The position numbers were made by a program, and so were the translations under genes. Positions 36,572 through 49,860 of a stretch of 64,000 bases of DNA are shown here, piece by piece; within the stretch, counting starts at the first letter, position 1; each line of letters starts with the position of its first letter. The stretch is taken from positions 682,001 to 746,000 of the forward strand of contig NIVC01000051.1 of the NCBI GenBank assembly GCA_002269645.1, in the 5' to 3' direction. The DNA is from Macrostomum lignano (lineage: Eukaryota). The notes under the pieces were generated by a model. The model had not been told where the DNA came from. It made no database searches and was given only the letters and a program-made list of their open reading frames with translations.

Positions 36572-38984
36572 CTACCCTTTCAGTAACATCTCAAACTGTT
36601 TCATCGAATAGTAGTAATCGGAACTCCAATACCAGTTGATCCCGACAGCATACTGAGGAGTGGCAAGAGCTTCCGGAGGATTAAAGTACAGACCGTTCGG
36701 GTTTGTGCGATGGCAATCTTTATACCACCAGCCTCCTTTGAAGGTGACGCTGCAGCTTCTGCCAGATGAAATGTCGTTGTCAGAGTCAATGGTGCTGAAC
36801 TGCATGCCATTGTGGAAGGCCATGCAGTCTCCCAGACTCGGGTGGCTGCCATGGAAACCGGAGACATTCAAACGGAACTTGTCGGTCTCGCTGGCCACGG
36901 AGAAGCTGGAGTAGTCGGCCCAGAGCTCCGTGCCATTCCACAGCCTCATTCGCATGCGAAGTGCTCGACCAGACGGCCAGGTCAGAGAGTGCACAGCTCG
37001 CAGACCTGCAGTTGTCAAGCACAGCTCAATGCTGAGCAGCTCACAGCCACAAGAGGCCAGCGCTATCAAAAAGTGCATCAATACCGTCATGACCGCACTG
37101 CACTGCACTCACCGAGCCAGTGGTTCGTGTGAGCTCCCTCTCCGAAGCCGGCTGCGTACTCGGTCCAGTTGCGATAGAAGTCTGTCGAGTTGTCCACCCG
37201 ACGCTGGATGCTGATCCAGCAGTCGCTGAGTGACGTCACAAACACCTGCAGTGAGGCATTGAGAGCTGCGGTCAGGCAAGTGCTGTCAGTTACCTGGCTG
37301 TCAGGTGAGTCAGTGCACGCTTGCTACTCACCCTGATGCAGCACGGAGACTGGTGAGTGTGAGGCGTCAGTCTGCGACACACAGCGCCACTTCGGTTTGC
37401 TGGAATGCGAATGAGCTCAGCTGGGTGAGCAGCTTCATCAGGTTTAAGGCATCGAGCATGAGTAATGCTGTGAGATGCTGTGGCTGCACTGCTGTTCACA
37501 CACTGCAGACACTGCTCACACACTGCAGACACTGCTCACACACTGCAGACGCTACTCACACACTGCAGACACTGCTCACACACTGCAGACACTGCTCACA
37601 CACTGCAGACGCTACTCACACACTGCAGACACTGTTCACACACTGCAGACACTGTTCACACACTGCAGACACTGCTCACACACTGCAGACACTGTTCACA
37701 CACTGCAGACACTGCTCACACACTACAGTCACTGGTCACACATTGCAGACACTGCTCACACACTGCAGACACTGTTCACACACTGCAGACACTTTTCACA
37801 CACTGCAGACACTGCTCAAACACTGCAGACACTGCCCACACACTGCAGACACTGCTCACACACTGCAGACACTGCTCACACACTGCAGACACTGCTCACA
37901 CGCTGCAGACACTGCTCACACACTGCAGACGCTACTCACACACTGCAGACACTGTTCACACACTGCAGACACTGCTCAAACACTGCAGACACTGCTCACA
38001 CACTGCAGACACTGCTCACACACTGCAGACACTGCTCACACACTGCAGACACTGCTCACACACTGCAGACGCTACTCACACACTGCAGACACTGTTCACA
38101 CACTGCAGACACTGTTCACACACTGCAGACACTGCTCACACACTGCAGACACTGCTCACACACTGCAGACGCTACTCACACACTGCAGACACTGTTCACA
38201 CACTGCAGACACTGTTCACACACTGCAGACACTGCTCACACACTGCAGACACTGTTCACACACTGCAGACACTGCTCACACACTACAGTCACTGGTCACA
38301 CATTGCAGACACTGCTCACACACTGCAGACACTTTTCACACACTGCAGACACTTTTCACACACTGCAGACACTGCTCAAACACTGCAGACACTGCCCACA
38401 CACTGCAGACACTGCTCACACACTGCAGACACTGCTCACACACTGCAGACACTGCTCACACACTGCAGACACTGCTCACACACTGCAGACACTGCTCACA
38501 CACTGCAGATACTGGTCACACACTGCAGACACTGCTCACACACTGCAGACACTGGTCACACACTGCAGACACTGCTCACACACTGCAGACACTGCTCACA
38601 CACTGCAGACACTGCTCACACACTGCAGACACTGCTCACACACTGCAGACACTGCTCACACACTGCAGACACTGCTCACACACTACAGTCACTGGTCACA
38701 CACAGGTCTCGGCAACGCAATGCAGCCAGGACTCACTCACCCACGATGCACTGCGGCTGCTGTGCCCCATCCCGAGGGATGAAGACCAGCAGCTGGTGAG
38801 CGAGCAGGTGCTTGGCAGCCAGTGCAGCGCACTGCAGCACATCGCTGGCTTGCTTGATGGAGGAGAGAGCGAAGTGGCGGACTCGACCGCCCGACCAGCT
38901 GCTGCTGTGGACTTCGTTCAGCTCGATGGCCGAAGCCGCAGCCGCTGCGGTCAGGAAAATCAGCAGCTTGGAGAACGTCTTCAT
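36572..38984 (-). CDS. Secreted fibrinogen-related domain (FReD) protein, copy A, 4 exons
   Basis: Exons 38741-38984, 37332-37477, 37113-37245 and 36572-37005. Signal peptide MKTFSKLLIFLTAAAAASA. FReD motifs: WISIQRRVDNSTDFYRNWTEYAAGFG...HWL|G, YSSFSVASETDKFRL, FHNGMQFSTIDSDND, GGWWYKDCHRTNPNG. Confidence 0.92.
37495..38702. repeat. 20-bp minisatellite (sense CAGTGTCTGCAGTGTGTGAG) in FReD-A intron 1
   Basis: About 60 copies; same unit as in FReD-B and FReD-C intron 1. Confidence 0.98.
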
Positions 38985-40780
38985 CAGCCTCACTAATGTT
39001 TCTAACTGTGACATCTGTTTTAAGCGTAAGCTCTGTTTATCAGCTTTAATGACTGCCTTCACAACCCCTCCCTAGATTTGAGAGACGGTGCAGGTGGTTT
39101 GGAGGATTGGACAGAATTCAGTTGGATGTCTTTAAGTTGAGTGAATTTCTTATTGTGTCTAAGCCATCAGCTATATGGAGGCGAAATACATGAGTGTCAG
39201 CATGCAAACAGTTACTAGCAGGTGAAAGACAGCTGTGCCCAATAAGCTTTTTCCATTGTTCAATCATAATTTGGATGCTTTGCTAGCTACACACTTCTCC
39301 CTCTTATTTTTTCAAGCTTTTTAATAAACTCTAGAGGAAAAATATTACCCTGTCAGTGCCATAATTGACACTTAAATTCAACAATGCCTAGTACTGTAAA
39401 CTTTTAATTCAGTTTCAGCTGTCTATCTCACCGTTAACGGCTAAGAAAGTCCTTAGAGCAACCGACAGTCGGGTTAGCATATTTTGAAAGTTACGTAACA
39501 TGCAGACAGACCTCTGAGCTTTTATGGTCCATATCCGTGCTTTCGAAGCGCAGATAAGTGTTCAAAATTGAACATAATTTATGAATCGCAATGAAATGTT
39601 GGTCTGAAGTCTCAGTCACCATTGTCTCCTGCGCATTTTGCTCTGGAGGTTATTCTGAAAGACACTTCTTTGGTACCTTTGAGTAGTTCGATAAGTTGCT
39701 GAACGTTACTAAATGCTTTAAGGTACTTTAAGTAGGGGGCTCAGCCCCTGGGATACTGGTTTTCCTCTTGGTAACACGGGTGAAGGGTATTAAATGTAAG
39801 AAGAGTTGGAACATGTATCATTGTGAAGAGTTTCAACTGATAACTGAGCCGTGAGTCCAATAAAGCAGCTGTAATCAAATATTATGATTATTATTTCCTA
39901 AATGTTTTTTACTACTATAGCATACTATACTACTATATAGTAACGCAGTCACACGAACTATTTAAGCATCTGAAGTGTTAAAACAAAATAGCAAAATTGC
40001 AATTGCAGGGAGTGCTGCCGAGTCTTGAAGCAAAATTCCTTTCTGCAAAAGCAGTCCTCCACATTGTTGCTTCAGACAAGTACCTGTTTCAAGCTGCTGC
40101 ACGCCGAACCCAAAGAATTTAATTCTCCACTCCGCCCTTTCTGGCTGCTCAAAACTTATGCATTTTTTAAGAGTTGGGACATGTGCGCCTTGGAGAGGCG
40201 CTGAAGCAGTCATTGTAAGAATCCCTGCCACTGCATGAATTCACTAGGGAGAAATTTCTTGAGTGACTCAAACAATAAGCACTCTAGCAGCTATAGTTTG
40301 TGGAGCGGTTGGCATGGCAACGAGGTTAACAACTCCCTGGCAAAGCTCTTTCCTTACTGGAAAAGGTGTTTTTTGTTAGCCCTGCAGGAAATTCTTTTCC
40401 CAATCAGACGCCCCCATCTATTTTATGCCTGAAAAGCTTGGAAATTGCACCAATACAATGGCTGCTGCAACTTGCAGTGACGTCGAAGAAAATTGTCTTA
40501 AAGTGTCTCAGTTATGAATTTATTTAACACGACAGAAGCATTTGATTATAAGCGGTTTTGTAAGCCTATAAGCATACTCAGTTGCTCATAGTTTCATACC
40601 CGAGTAGTTAGTTGAGATTTAGTATAGTTTTCTCATTTTCCAGTTCTAAAATTGGGTTATTTGGTGCGTTTTTGGTGCCACAGGAACTTGGTTAACAGTC
40701 AATCGTCAAAGTTATGGCTCAAAGTTCGTTCACATCGCTATCAACCATACTCATAATAGAAAAATGTGGTGATTGTACAC

Positions 40781-41716
40781 TTAGCACAGCTCATACAAAG
40801 AAGCAACTTCAGAGTCGCTCAGAGCTCTCTCTGACACTCCGAAGCATCTCATGAAGCCTTGGAACACGCGGTTGTGACTGACACTGCGGCTGACGGCTCC
40901 GATCTGCACGCTGCTGCCGAAGTTCGCACAGGATGTCACAGCAGCTACCGGACCGTTAGTTGCTTTCTGAGTTCCGTTGACGTAGATCCTGATTTCCGGA
41001 GCCTGCTTGTCGTACACGGCGGCGATGTGGGTCCAACCGCTGGCCGTGTCGGTGGGTCCGGGATATGTGAGTCCCGCCTCCGGGGACAAAACTACGAAGT
41101 GTATGGTTGTAACTGTGGGATAAAGCCAAAATCGAGTGTAGTCTGAGGTAGGCATTGTGAGGCCCTCCAGCAGAGGCATCGAACCCCTTGACGAATTGGT
41201 GACCTTGACCCACACTGACATGGTGAGGCTGGTGAGACACACCGAAGTCAGCTCGTCAATGTTGAACCTCTCTGACACACCCGACTGACCAGTGAAGTTG
41301 ACGGCGCTGTCCGTGTACTGCATCGGGATGTTCTCCTGCAGGTCGAGATGGCCGCTGTTCGAGACCGCATTGCGAGTCCGAGTGGCGTTGCTCATGGGCC
41401 AGAAGGCGACGAGGCCGAGCTGGCGCAGGGCGCTCCACGACTGGCAGTCGGTGTCGTTCGTCAGACTGGCGGTCTGGAGGCTGTCCGACATGTTGCAGAC
41501 GCCTGCGCGGTGGCTCCAGGCGATGCAGGGACGACGGAGCTGAGAGCACAGGAAGACGCACATGCGGGCGCTCGAGGCCGTCAGCGAGTGCTGCGGAGTC
41601 TGCGGCACCACGCAGCCGCCGAGCGAGATGCTGCTGTGCAGGGTTCCATTGCCGCAGTGCACCAGGAGTGGCAGCAGCATCGCCACAGCGAGTCCAGTTA
41701 GGATGCTGCAACTCAT
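40781..41716 (-). CDS. Secreted PAN/apple-like + LamG/pentraxin-like (concanavalin-fold) protein, copy 1, intronless
   Basis: 311-aa ORF with a hydrophobic signal peptide, a Cys-rich module (ARMCVFLCSQLRRPCIAWSHRAGVCNM) and LamG_3-type motifs LVAFWPM, LTMSVWVK, GWTHIAAVYD, IYVNG, FQGFMRCFGVSERALSDSEVASLY. Confidence 0.88.
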   Translation of the reverse strand: MSCSILTGLAVAMLLPLLVHCGNGTLHSSISLGGCVVPQTPQHSLTASSARMCVFLCSQLRRPCIAWSHRAGVCNMSDSLQTASLTNDTDCQSWSALRQLGLVAFWPMSNATRTRNAVSNSGHLDLQENIPMQYTDSAVNFTGQSGVSERFNIDELTSVCLTSLTMSVWVKVTNSSRGSMPLLEGLTMPTSDYTRFWLYPTVTTIHFVVLSPEAGLTYPGPTDTASGWTHIAAVYDKQAPEIRIYVNGTQKATNGPVAAVTSCANFGSSVQIGAVSRSVSHNRVFQGFMRCFGVSERALSDSEVASLYELC

Positions 41717-43590
41717 GCCTTGGTGACACTGTAGATACTGAACTCGTTCTTGCTTTTTAATCGGATTTTGACAGCTGCAATTCAGCTGCAGACTGGAGCT
41801 TCTCAGCAGCTTATTTACTTTAATGCTTTTCCCTCGGCTCTTGTCATTCAGAGTTTCTCTCGTTGGCTAAGGAAGCCTTCTTAAATATGAATCCCCGCTG
41901 TGAGAAAAATGAGGAAACGCAAAATTCCATTGTTCGCAGTACAGTCTCTCCCAATTGAGTCGTTAGGCGAGCTCAAGCCCATTGTCTGAATGTGGCTGCA
42001 ATTTTAATCAAGGACAGAATTTCCTGCTGCCGCATTTTTCAGCTTAACAAGCAAGCTTTGATGATTTTTTTGTCGGAGTTCTTTTTTTGCTGGGCTCTTT
42101 ATAACTTATTCAGAATTTCTTCTCTCCCGGTTTGCCTCCTGTAAATTGCTTCTAGCAAGCTGTGTTCCTCTCCCATGAATTTCTGCGCGCAGGTATGCTG
42201 AGGAACCGACAGCTCTAATTAGCAATGCGACAGTCCACAGAAGCCGCGCGGCAAAACCCTGCCGGCTGACGCATGTAAACTGAGGTGGCAGATCCTCAGC
42301 AGTGCAGACTCTAGCTCTAGCTACGACTAGTAATTCTAGTAATTCTAGTAATTCTAGCTACGAACTCAGGATTTGACTGTGGCTATAGCTACCATGCCCT
42401 GCTGCGACTCATTGTGTCGACAAGGGGTTTCACCCTTACTTTTAAAAGTTCCTTGAATTCGCAGAATTTTCTGGGTAAAATGGCTTTCAGAGGTCATTTC
42501 TTAAAAGTGGCGTGCGTGAAAGAAAGTATTTTATCTTGTCTCTATCCCAATGATGAACGCTTACAATTCAAGCATCCATTCACCTCGATTCACCCGCTAT
42601 TTCCCCTGATTTATCCATCATTCACTTACCGATTCACCCCCTGATTCATCCAATCAGATTCACTTCTGACTGACCATCTATACTTCACTTTTAATTAAGC
42701 CTCGATCCAACATCTATCATATTCACTGCCGAACCACCTGAACTCATCTTCAGATTCTTGGAAATTAGAAAATAACCTGCGGTTTTGAAATACAGTAAAG
42801 GCAAACCTGAGTATGTCATAAACGTACCAGTTTCGATTGGAAAAAAAGTACTCGATTATATCATGTCCTCGTGCGTTTATGTTACTGGCTTGAAAGTGAA
42901 ATGAATTGACAGTTCATCCGATCGCGAGGATGATGAAGAATAAGCCGCCACAGATGTGCTACGAAGACTGTTTTTGATTTAAAAAATTAAGTCTCCCTCG
43001 TCGCTAGGAGAAGAGGAGCCACGCAAACTTCAAATATTGAGGCACAGTTGGTGTGTCCTTTGCTCAACCAGTGTTTGGTTTGCCTAGAATTACTTTAGGT
43101 TCTTTGAGAATAAAATCATCCCAGGATTGAATGCTTCACTTTGATACAAAGCCAGGTTAGCCAACACTGTATTTAGTCTCTTTTGTTTAATAGTGCCAAG
43201 TCTTGAAACACAATCAGATATGCTGCGTTTCGCTCAGGTTATTAGTTTTCAAGAAAAAATATTGGTTACTTATTCCACAAGGATCTTTACTAAAAAAGAA
43301 AATTCAGCAGTATAGCGTTTCATAGATTCAGAGATTAAAAGAACAGTTATTGTTCTAAGAACAGCATCCGCATAGTGCCTTTGAAACATGAATAAATATG
43401 TGTCACACAGACTACTGAAGAGCGCTACTTTTACGCTACACTTTACCAGACGTCCAAATGGCGGAAAATATTGAAAAGAACTGCTGAACTAACAAACAGT
43501 TACAAAATCTTTCTGAGTCGGTTCCAAAGTTAAAATTTGTTTGAATTGGATGAGCTCCGAGTGCTCCGTTTGTGATGGCACATATCCTGC

Positions 43591-44526
43591 TCAACACAGC
43601 TCCATTAAATAACGAACTTCAGCCTGGCTCAGGGCTCTCTGTGAGACGCTGAAGCATCTCATGTAGCCCTGGAACACGCGGTTGTGCGTCACGTCGCTAG
43701 TGGAGCCGCCGATTTGAGCAGTCGTGCCGAAATCCGCGCACGAGTTCAGAGCGGCCGGTATACTAGAGATGGCCTTCTCCGTACCGTTCGAGTAGATCTT
43801 CACTGAAGGCGTCTGCTTGTCGTATACCGCGGTGAAGTGGGTCCAACCGCTGGCCGTGTCGGTGGGTTTGTCGGCTGTGCAGTGAGAAGTTGGCGACTCA
43901 ATCACCACGTGGAGGCTCGTACTGTTTGGATAAAGCCACAGTCGAGTGAAGTATCCTCCTGGCAGGGTTATGCTATCCAGCAGAGGCATCGGACCTCTCG
44001 ACGCATTGGTGACCTTGACCCACACTGACATGGTGAGGCTGGTGAGACACACCGAATTCAGCTCGTCAATGTTGAACCGCTCTGACACACCCGACTGACC
44101 AGTGAAGTTGACGGCGCTGTCCGTGTACTGCATCGGGATGTTCTCCTGCAGGTCGAGATGGCCGCTGTTCGAGACCACATTGCGAGTCCGAGTGGCGTTG
44201 GTCATGGGCCAGAAGGCGACGAGGCCGAGCTGGCGCAGGGCGCTCCACGACTGGCAGTCGGTGTCGTTCGTCAGACTGGCGGTCTGGAGGCTGTCCGACA
44301 TGTTGCAGACGCCTGCGCGGTGGCTCCAGGCGATGCAGGGACGACGGAGCTGAGAGCACAGGAAGGCGCACATGCGGGCGCTCGAAGCCGCCAGCGAGTG
44401 CTGCGGAGTCTGCGGCACCACGCAGCCGCCGAGCAAGATGCTGCTGTGCAGGGTTCCGTTGCCGCAGTGCACCAGGAGTGGCAGCAGCATCGCCGCAGTC
44501 AGTCCAGTTAGGATGCTGCAACTCAT
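43591..44526 (-). CDS. Secreted PAN/apple-like + LamG/pentraxin-like protein, copy 2, intronless
   Basis: 311-aa ORF colinear with 40781-41716. The first ~175 aa are nearly identical and the remainder is diverged. Confidence 0.88.
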   Translation of the reverse strand: MSCSILTGLTAAMLLPLLVHCGNGTLHSSILLGGCVVPQTPQHSLAASSARMCAFLCSQLRRPCIAWSHRAGVCNMSDSLQTASLTNDTDCQSWSALRQLGLVAFWPMTNATRTRNVVSNSGHLDLQENIPMQYTDSAVNFTGQSGVSERFNIDELNSVCLTSLTMSVWVKVTNASRGPMPLLDSITLPGGYFTRLWLYPNSTSLHVVIESPTSHCTADKPTDTASGWTHFTAVYDKQTPSVKIYSNGTEKAISSIPAALNSCADFGTTAQIGGSTSDVTHNRVFQGYMRCFSVSQRALSQAEVRYLMELC

Positions 44527-45369
44527 GTCTTGGTGACGCTGTAGATAACGAACTCGTTCTTGCTTTTGAGAAAGGGGACTTTATTTCAAATCGTCATTCT
44601 CTTAGTTGGCTACGTCTTTAGGAGCCTTGCAAGAGTTTGGCATCCACGATTGAAGGGTTGAAAACAATGGATGTGAAGAGGTTCCTTTATAAGCACCAGC
44701 TCCACAACCCAGACCCTACCAGTAAGGCTTCACTTCAAGCTGGCAATTTAATTGCTTCTTTGCCCCTTCCAGCAGCTTCTACTGACTTGGAATTCTCGTG
44801 AGAAGTAGTTTGATTGGATGTGAGAGAGTTTAAGAATCTTCCTCATTACGGAAACGCATTCAAAGTCTAAAAAAAGAAACGTTGAGTAATGACTAATTTA
44901 TGAGCCTTAGAAAATTCTGCAGAGAAGGATTCTAGGAATAACAGAAACTGAAATTCACTGCCAACTTCCTCGTCTGGCCTCTTGCGATGCCTTTCTATTC
45001 TAAATCTAATACCATTTGATTATTCTCGTCCATCAACGGGTGGCTATTACATGCTGGAATTACCTGATTAGATACTAAAGCAGTCTGTTGCATTAGGCAC
45101 ATCTGTAGAGTGTTCTACTTCCCACAGAAAATCATACAATTGTTAAGGTGAAGGTTATTCATAGATTGCTACTGTTAGTAGACTGGCGGACATTTGCGCA
45201 CCAAAACCTTAAATATGAATCGTGTTACTATTTATACGGAAAGGATGATTCATGTTGCTATTTATAAACGAAATGATTCATATGTTACTATTTATAACCA
45301 GAAATTGAATCATATTACTTTTTATAGCGAAACAGATGAATCATGTTGCTATTTATATCTCGCGAAATC

Positions 45370-45600
45370 GCCCTTAAATACAAGTGGTCCGAAGCGGACC
45401 CGAGCAACAACAGAGACAACAGAGAACCTTCCAGAGGGAAGAAGAGCTCCGAAGAGGAAGTCGGCGAGGAACTTCTTTCAGACCAAGTCAACCGAGACTC
45501 GGCTGAGTTCTTGCGGTAAGCCTTACTCATTTGCGCCAGGTGTTAAGATCCGACTCGATATTATTGTTGTGACTGAGTCTATTTGAGACTCCATTGGTTG
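45370..45600 (+). mobile_element. LTR/pseudo-LTR-like dispersed repeat (class unresolved)
   Basis: TAAATA-AAGTGGTCCGAAGCGGACC...GAGTTCTTGCGGTAAGCCTTACTCATTTGCGCC...GAGTCTATTTGAGACTC is colinear with 63812-64000. Confidence 0.55.
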
Positions 45601-46094
45601 TAATCTCCAGAAGGACTACCCTGATAGCCATCAGAAGACTTATCAGTGATTACCGGAGCTATACCTATAGTGCATTAAGACACTGCTAGAAGGAGAAGGC
45701 TTATTGAAACCGCAGCGCGGCGCAGGGATCCCCCATTGTTGATTCAAAGCTTCTGATTGGTCCGAACTACAGATACCCACCGGAGATAGCTTCGTTGGAA
45801 GTACACAAGGAACCAGGACCAGAACTGATTCAAGACGTCTGAACTTCCTGGAGGTCGAGAACACCGCTTAGGAAGAGAACTACTCATCCGGATTTAAGGT
45901 AATAGATACCTTCATTTAATCACTGGTTTGCCTAGCAGTAGCTAGAAAAGATTGTTCATTGATTACTGAGATTACTGAGATTGTCCTGGTAGTAAGGAAG
46001 ACATCAGATGGGCGAGTTTCGGACTCATTTTAAAATAAGGTCATTATCTACCCTAGCGCAACGCCTTTTGGCGGCGTCTTCCCAACATCCAGTT

Positions 46095-46420
46095 CTGAGG
46101 CAGTGCTGTCCAACTTCTGAGGGCACACAAGCTCATCATGCACACGCTCACGCAGGGTGTACACAGCGGCCCATTTCATGCACACGCTCACGCAGGGTGT
46201 ACACAGCGGCCCATTTCATGCACACGCTCACGCAGGGTGTACACAGCGGCCCATTTCATGCACACGCTCACGCAGGGTGTACACAGCGGCCCATTTCATG
46301 CACACGCTCACGCAGAGTGTACACAGCGGCCCATTTCATGCACACGCTCACGCAGGGTGTACGCAGCGGCTCATTCACTTTCTAATCGTCGGGCCAATTT
46401 TTTGTGCACAAGCCTCAAAG
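46095..46420 (-). mobile_element. SINE-family copy with an internally amplified 40-bp segment (~6 copies)
   Basis: CATGCACACGCTCACGCAGGGTGTACACAGCGGCCCATTT is tandem at 46137-46370; a related segment occurs once at 34715-34746. Confidence 0.75.
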
Positions 46421-47083
46421 TATAGCTTTATCTCTAGGAGTTCACTATTCAACGTTATAATGGAACAAACTTTTCGAAAAATCTGTACAGCTCACTCGAA
46501 TTTATGAAACGTGATAAATTCTCACTTTTCTCTGTATTCTAGTCAGCTCAAAGTTGTCTAAACATAGGAGGCTTTGGAAAACTTCTAGCTGAGAGTATTC
46601 CAAGCTCTATCTCGGGGTCTCCTTGCCTTGGCTAATAGCAGACAACAATTTTATGCATCTAAGCTATCCACATATAGTTTAAAACGATAACTTGTTGCAT
46701 ATTTCATCAAGCATACTCATGCAGGGTAGGCAGTAGATTCATTAAATGATCACGCTTCAGAGAGGCGTTGTAAAAGTTTTAGACTGGGCAGGCACACAGA
46801 ATCATATTGAGCCATCAAGCCAACAATAAAACAAATTCATTTGGATTTTACCTGCTGTAGCAGTGCAATAAACTAAAGCAGCAGTTCATCTATTGCTCTC
46901 TCCATCCAGGAAATCAATAGCAAGACTTGGAAGACTGTACCGCCCAGACCCTCTCGCTGCATGTGTTGCCTACGAGAGATGAAACTGTATAAATTACACA
47001 CTTTGCAGCCAGTGGTCACGGCAGCTCCAGTGGCGACAGACACGACTCACGTGGACTCAGAAACGCTTGGAATTTTCGTAAAA

Positions 47084-49447
47084 ATGCAACTCGCTCAACT
47101 CCTGCTGCTCATCTCAGCCGTGGCCGCCGGCAGCGCTTTGGACTTGCACGAAGTCCACAGCAGCAGCTGGTCGGGCGGTCGAGTCCGCCACTTCGCTCTC
47201 TCCTCCATCAAGCAAGCCAGCGATGTGCTGCAGTGCGCTGCACTGGCTGCCAGGCACCTGCTCGCTCACCAGCTGCTGGTCTTCATCCCTCGGGACGGGG
47301 CACAGCAGCCCCAGTGCATCGTGGGTGAGTGAGTCCTGGCTGCATTGCGTTGCCGAGACCTGTGTGTGAACAGTGACTGTAGTGTGTGAACAGTGTCTGC
47401 AGTGTGTGACCAGTGACTGTAGTGTGTGAGCAGTGTCTGCAGTGTGTGGGCAGTGTCTGCAGTGTGTGAGCAGTGTCTGCAGTGTGTGAGCAGTGTCTGC
47501 AGTGTGTGAACAGTGTCTGCAGTGTGTGAACAGTGTCTGCAGTGTGTGAACAGTGTCTGCAGTGTGTGAGCAGTGTCTGCAGTGTGTGACCAGTGACTGT
47601 AGTGTGTGACCAGTGTCTGCAGTGTGTGACCAGTGTCTGTAGTGTGTGAACAGTGTCTGCAGTGTGTGACCAGTGTCTGTAGTGTGTGAGTAGTGTCTGC
47701 AGTGTGTGACCAGTGTCTGCAATGTGTGACCAGTAACTGTAGTGTGTGGGCAGTGTCTGCAGTGTGTGAGCAGTGTCTGCAGTGTGTGAGCAGTGTCTGC
47801 AGTGTGTGAGCAGTGTCTGCAGTGTGTGAGCAGTGTCTGCAGTGTGTGAGCAGTGTCTGCAGTGTGTGAGCAGTGTCTGCAGTGTGTGAACAGTGTCTGC
47901 AGTGTGTGAGCAGTGTCTGCAGTGTGTGGGCAGTGTCTGCAGTGTGTGAGCAGTGTCTGCAGTGTGTGGGCAGTGTCTGCAGTGTTTGAGCAGTGTCTGC
48001 AGTGTGTGAAAAGTGTCTGCAGTGTGTGAGCAGTGTCTGCAGTGTGTGAGCAGTGTCTGCAGTGTGTGGGCAGTGTCTGCAGTGTGTGAGCAGTGTCTGC
48101 AGTGTGTGAACAGTGTCTGCAGTGTGTGAGCAGTGTCTGCAGTGTGTGAACACTGTCTGCAGTGTGTGAGCAGTGTCTGCAGTGTGTTGGCAGTGTCTGC
48201 AGTGTGTGAGCAGTGTCTGCAGTGTGTGGGCAGTGTCTGCAGTGTTTGAGCAGTGTCTGCAGTGTGTGGGCAGTGTCTGCAGTGTGTGAGCAGTGTCTGC
48301 AGTGTGTGAGCAGTGTCTGCAGTGTGTGAGCAGTGTCTGCAGTGTGTGAGCAGTGTCTGCAGTGTGTGAGCAGTGTCTGCAGTGTGTGAGCAGTGTCTGC
48401 AGTGTGTGAACAGTGTCTGCAGTGTGTGAGCAGTGTCTGCAGTGTGTGGGCAGTGTCTGCAGTGTGTGAGCAGTGTCTGCAGTGTGTGAAAAGTGTCTGC
48501 AGTGTGTGAGCAGTGTCTGCAGTGTGTGAATAGCAGTGCAGCCACAGCATCTCACAGCATTACTCATGCTCCATGCCTTAAACCTGATGAAGCTGCTCAC
48601 CCAGCTGAGCTCATTCGCATTCCAGCAAACCAAAGTGGCGCTGTGTGTCGCAGACTGACGCCTCACACTCACCAGTCTCCGTGCTGCATCAGGGTGAGTA
48701 GCAAGCGTGCACTGACTCACCTGACAGCCAGGTAACTGACAGTACTTGCCTGACCGCAGCTCTCAATGCCTCACTGCAGGTGTTTGTGACGTCACTCAGC
48801 GACTGCTGGATCAGCATCCAGCGTCGGGTGGACAACTCGACAGACTTCTATCGCAACTGGACCGAGTACGCAGCCGGCTTCGGAGAGGGAGCCCACACGA
48901 ACCACTGGCTCGGTGAGTGCAGTGCAGTGCGGTCATGACGATATTGATGCACTTTTTGATAGCGCTGGCCTCCTGTGGCTGTGAGCTGCTCAGCATTGAG
49001 CTGTGCTTGACAACTGCAGGTCTGCGAGCTGTGCACTCTGTGACCTGGCCGTCTGGTCGAGCACTTCGCATGCGAATGAGGCTGTGGAATGGCACGGAGC
49101 TCTGGGCCGACTACTCCAGCTTCTCCGTGGCCAGCGAGGCCGACAAGTTCCGTTTGAGTGTCTCCGGTTTCCATGGCAGCCACCCGAGTCTGGGAGACTG
49201 TATGGCCTTCCACAATGGCATGCAGTTCAGCACCATCGACTCGGACAACGATGCAGGACATGGCAGCTGCAGTCTCGCCTACAGAGGAGGCTGGTGGTAT
49301 AATGGCTGTCATCAGACCAACCCGAACGGCCTGTACTTTAATCCCCCAGAAGCTTTTCACCTGTCAGTGGAAGCCGTCGGTATTTGCTGGTATTATCCCT
49401 TCGGCAACTTCTACTCGATGAAGGAGTTTGAAATGCTTGTCAAGTAA
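47084..49447 (+). CDS. Secreted FReD protein, copy B, 4 exons
   Basis: Exons 47084-47324, 48548-48693, 48780-48912 and 49020-49447. Signal peptide MQLAQLLLLISAVAAGSA. Same FReD motifs as copy A; GGWWYNGCHQTNPNG. Confidence 0.92.
47361..48530. repeat. 20-bp minisatellite in FReD-B intron 1
   Basis: About 58 copies of CAGTGTCTGCAGTGTGTGAG, with CAGTGACTGTAG variants near the donor end. Confidence 0.98.
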
Positions 49448-49674
49448 TTTTAGTTTTAACAAAGAGGTTTTTCAAGTGGATAAACTAACGGGTTTTTGGA
49501 AGAGTTGTTTGAAAATCTGTAAATATTTTTTGGAATCTAACAACAAAGTCTGCAGTTGTTCCTTTCTTCTTTGCTGTTTATCCAGTCGGATTTTCCTCGA
49601 CCGAGTTTGTCTATGGGGAAACCCTAGTTACGGCTGTGCAGAAAGGCAAGTCTAATGAGAAACTAGTAAAGCGT

Positions 49675-49860
49675 AGGAGTGTGTACAGCGGCCCTAACTT
49701 TATTTATCGTTAGGCAGGTACCCTGTGCCTTCGGGGTTGGCCTTCAAGGGCGTTAATTGCACGAGCAGAGCCAAGCCGAGATTCCAATTTAGGCCCAAAT
49801 TAATGTGACTGCACCTGGAATCGAGCCTGGGCCGCTGGCACATCAGAGGGCCGCGCTTTA
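49675..49860 (-). mobile_element. Diverged tRNA-derived SINE copy
   Basis: GTGTACAGCGGCCC...CCCTGTGCCTTCGGGGTTGGCC...CACCTGGAATCGAGCCTGGG (reverse-complement B-box), similar to 34640-34915. Confidence 0.65.
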
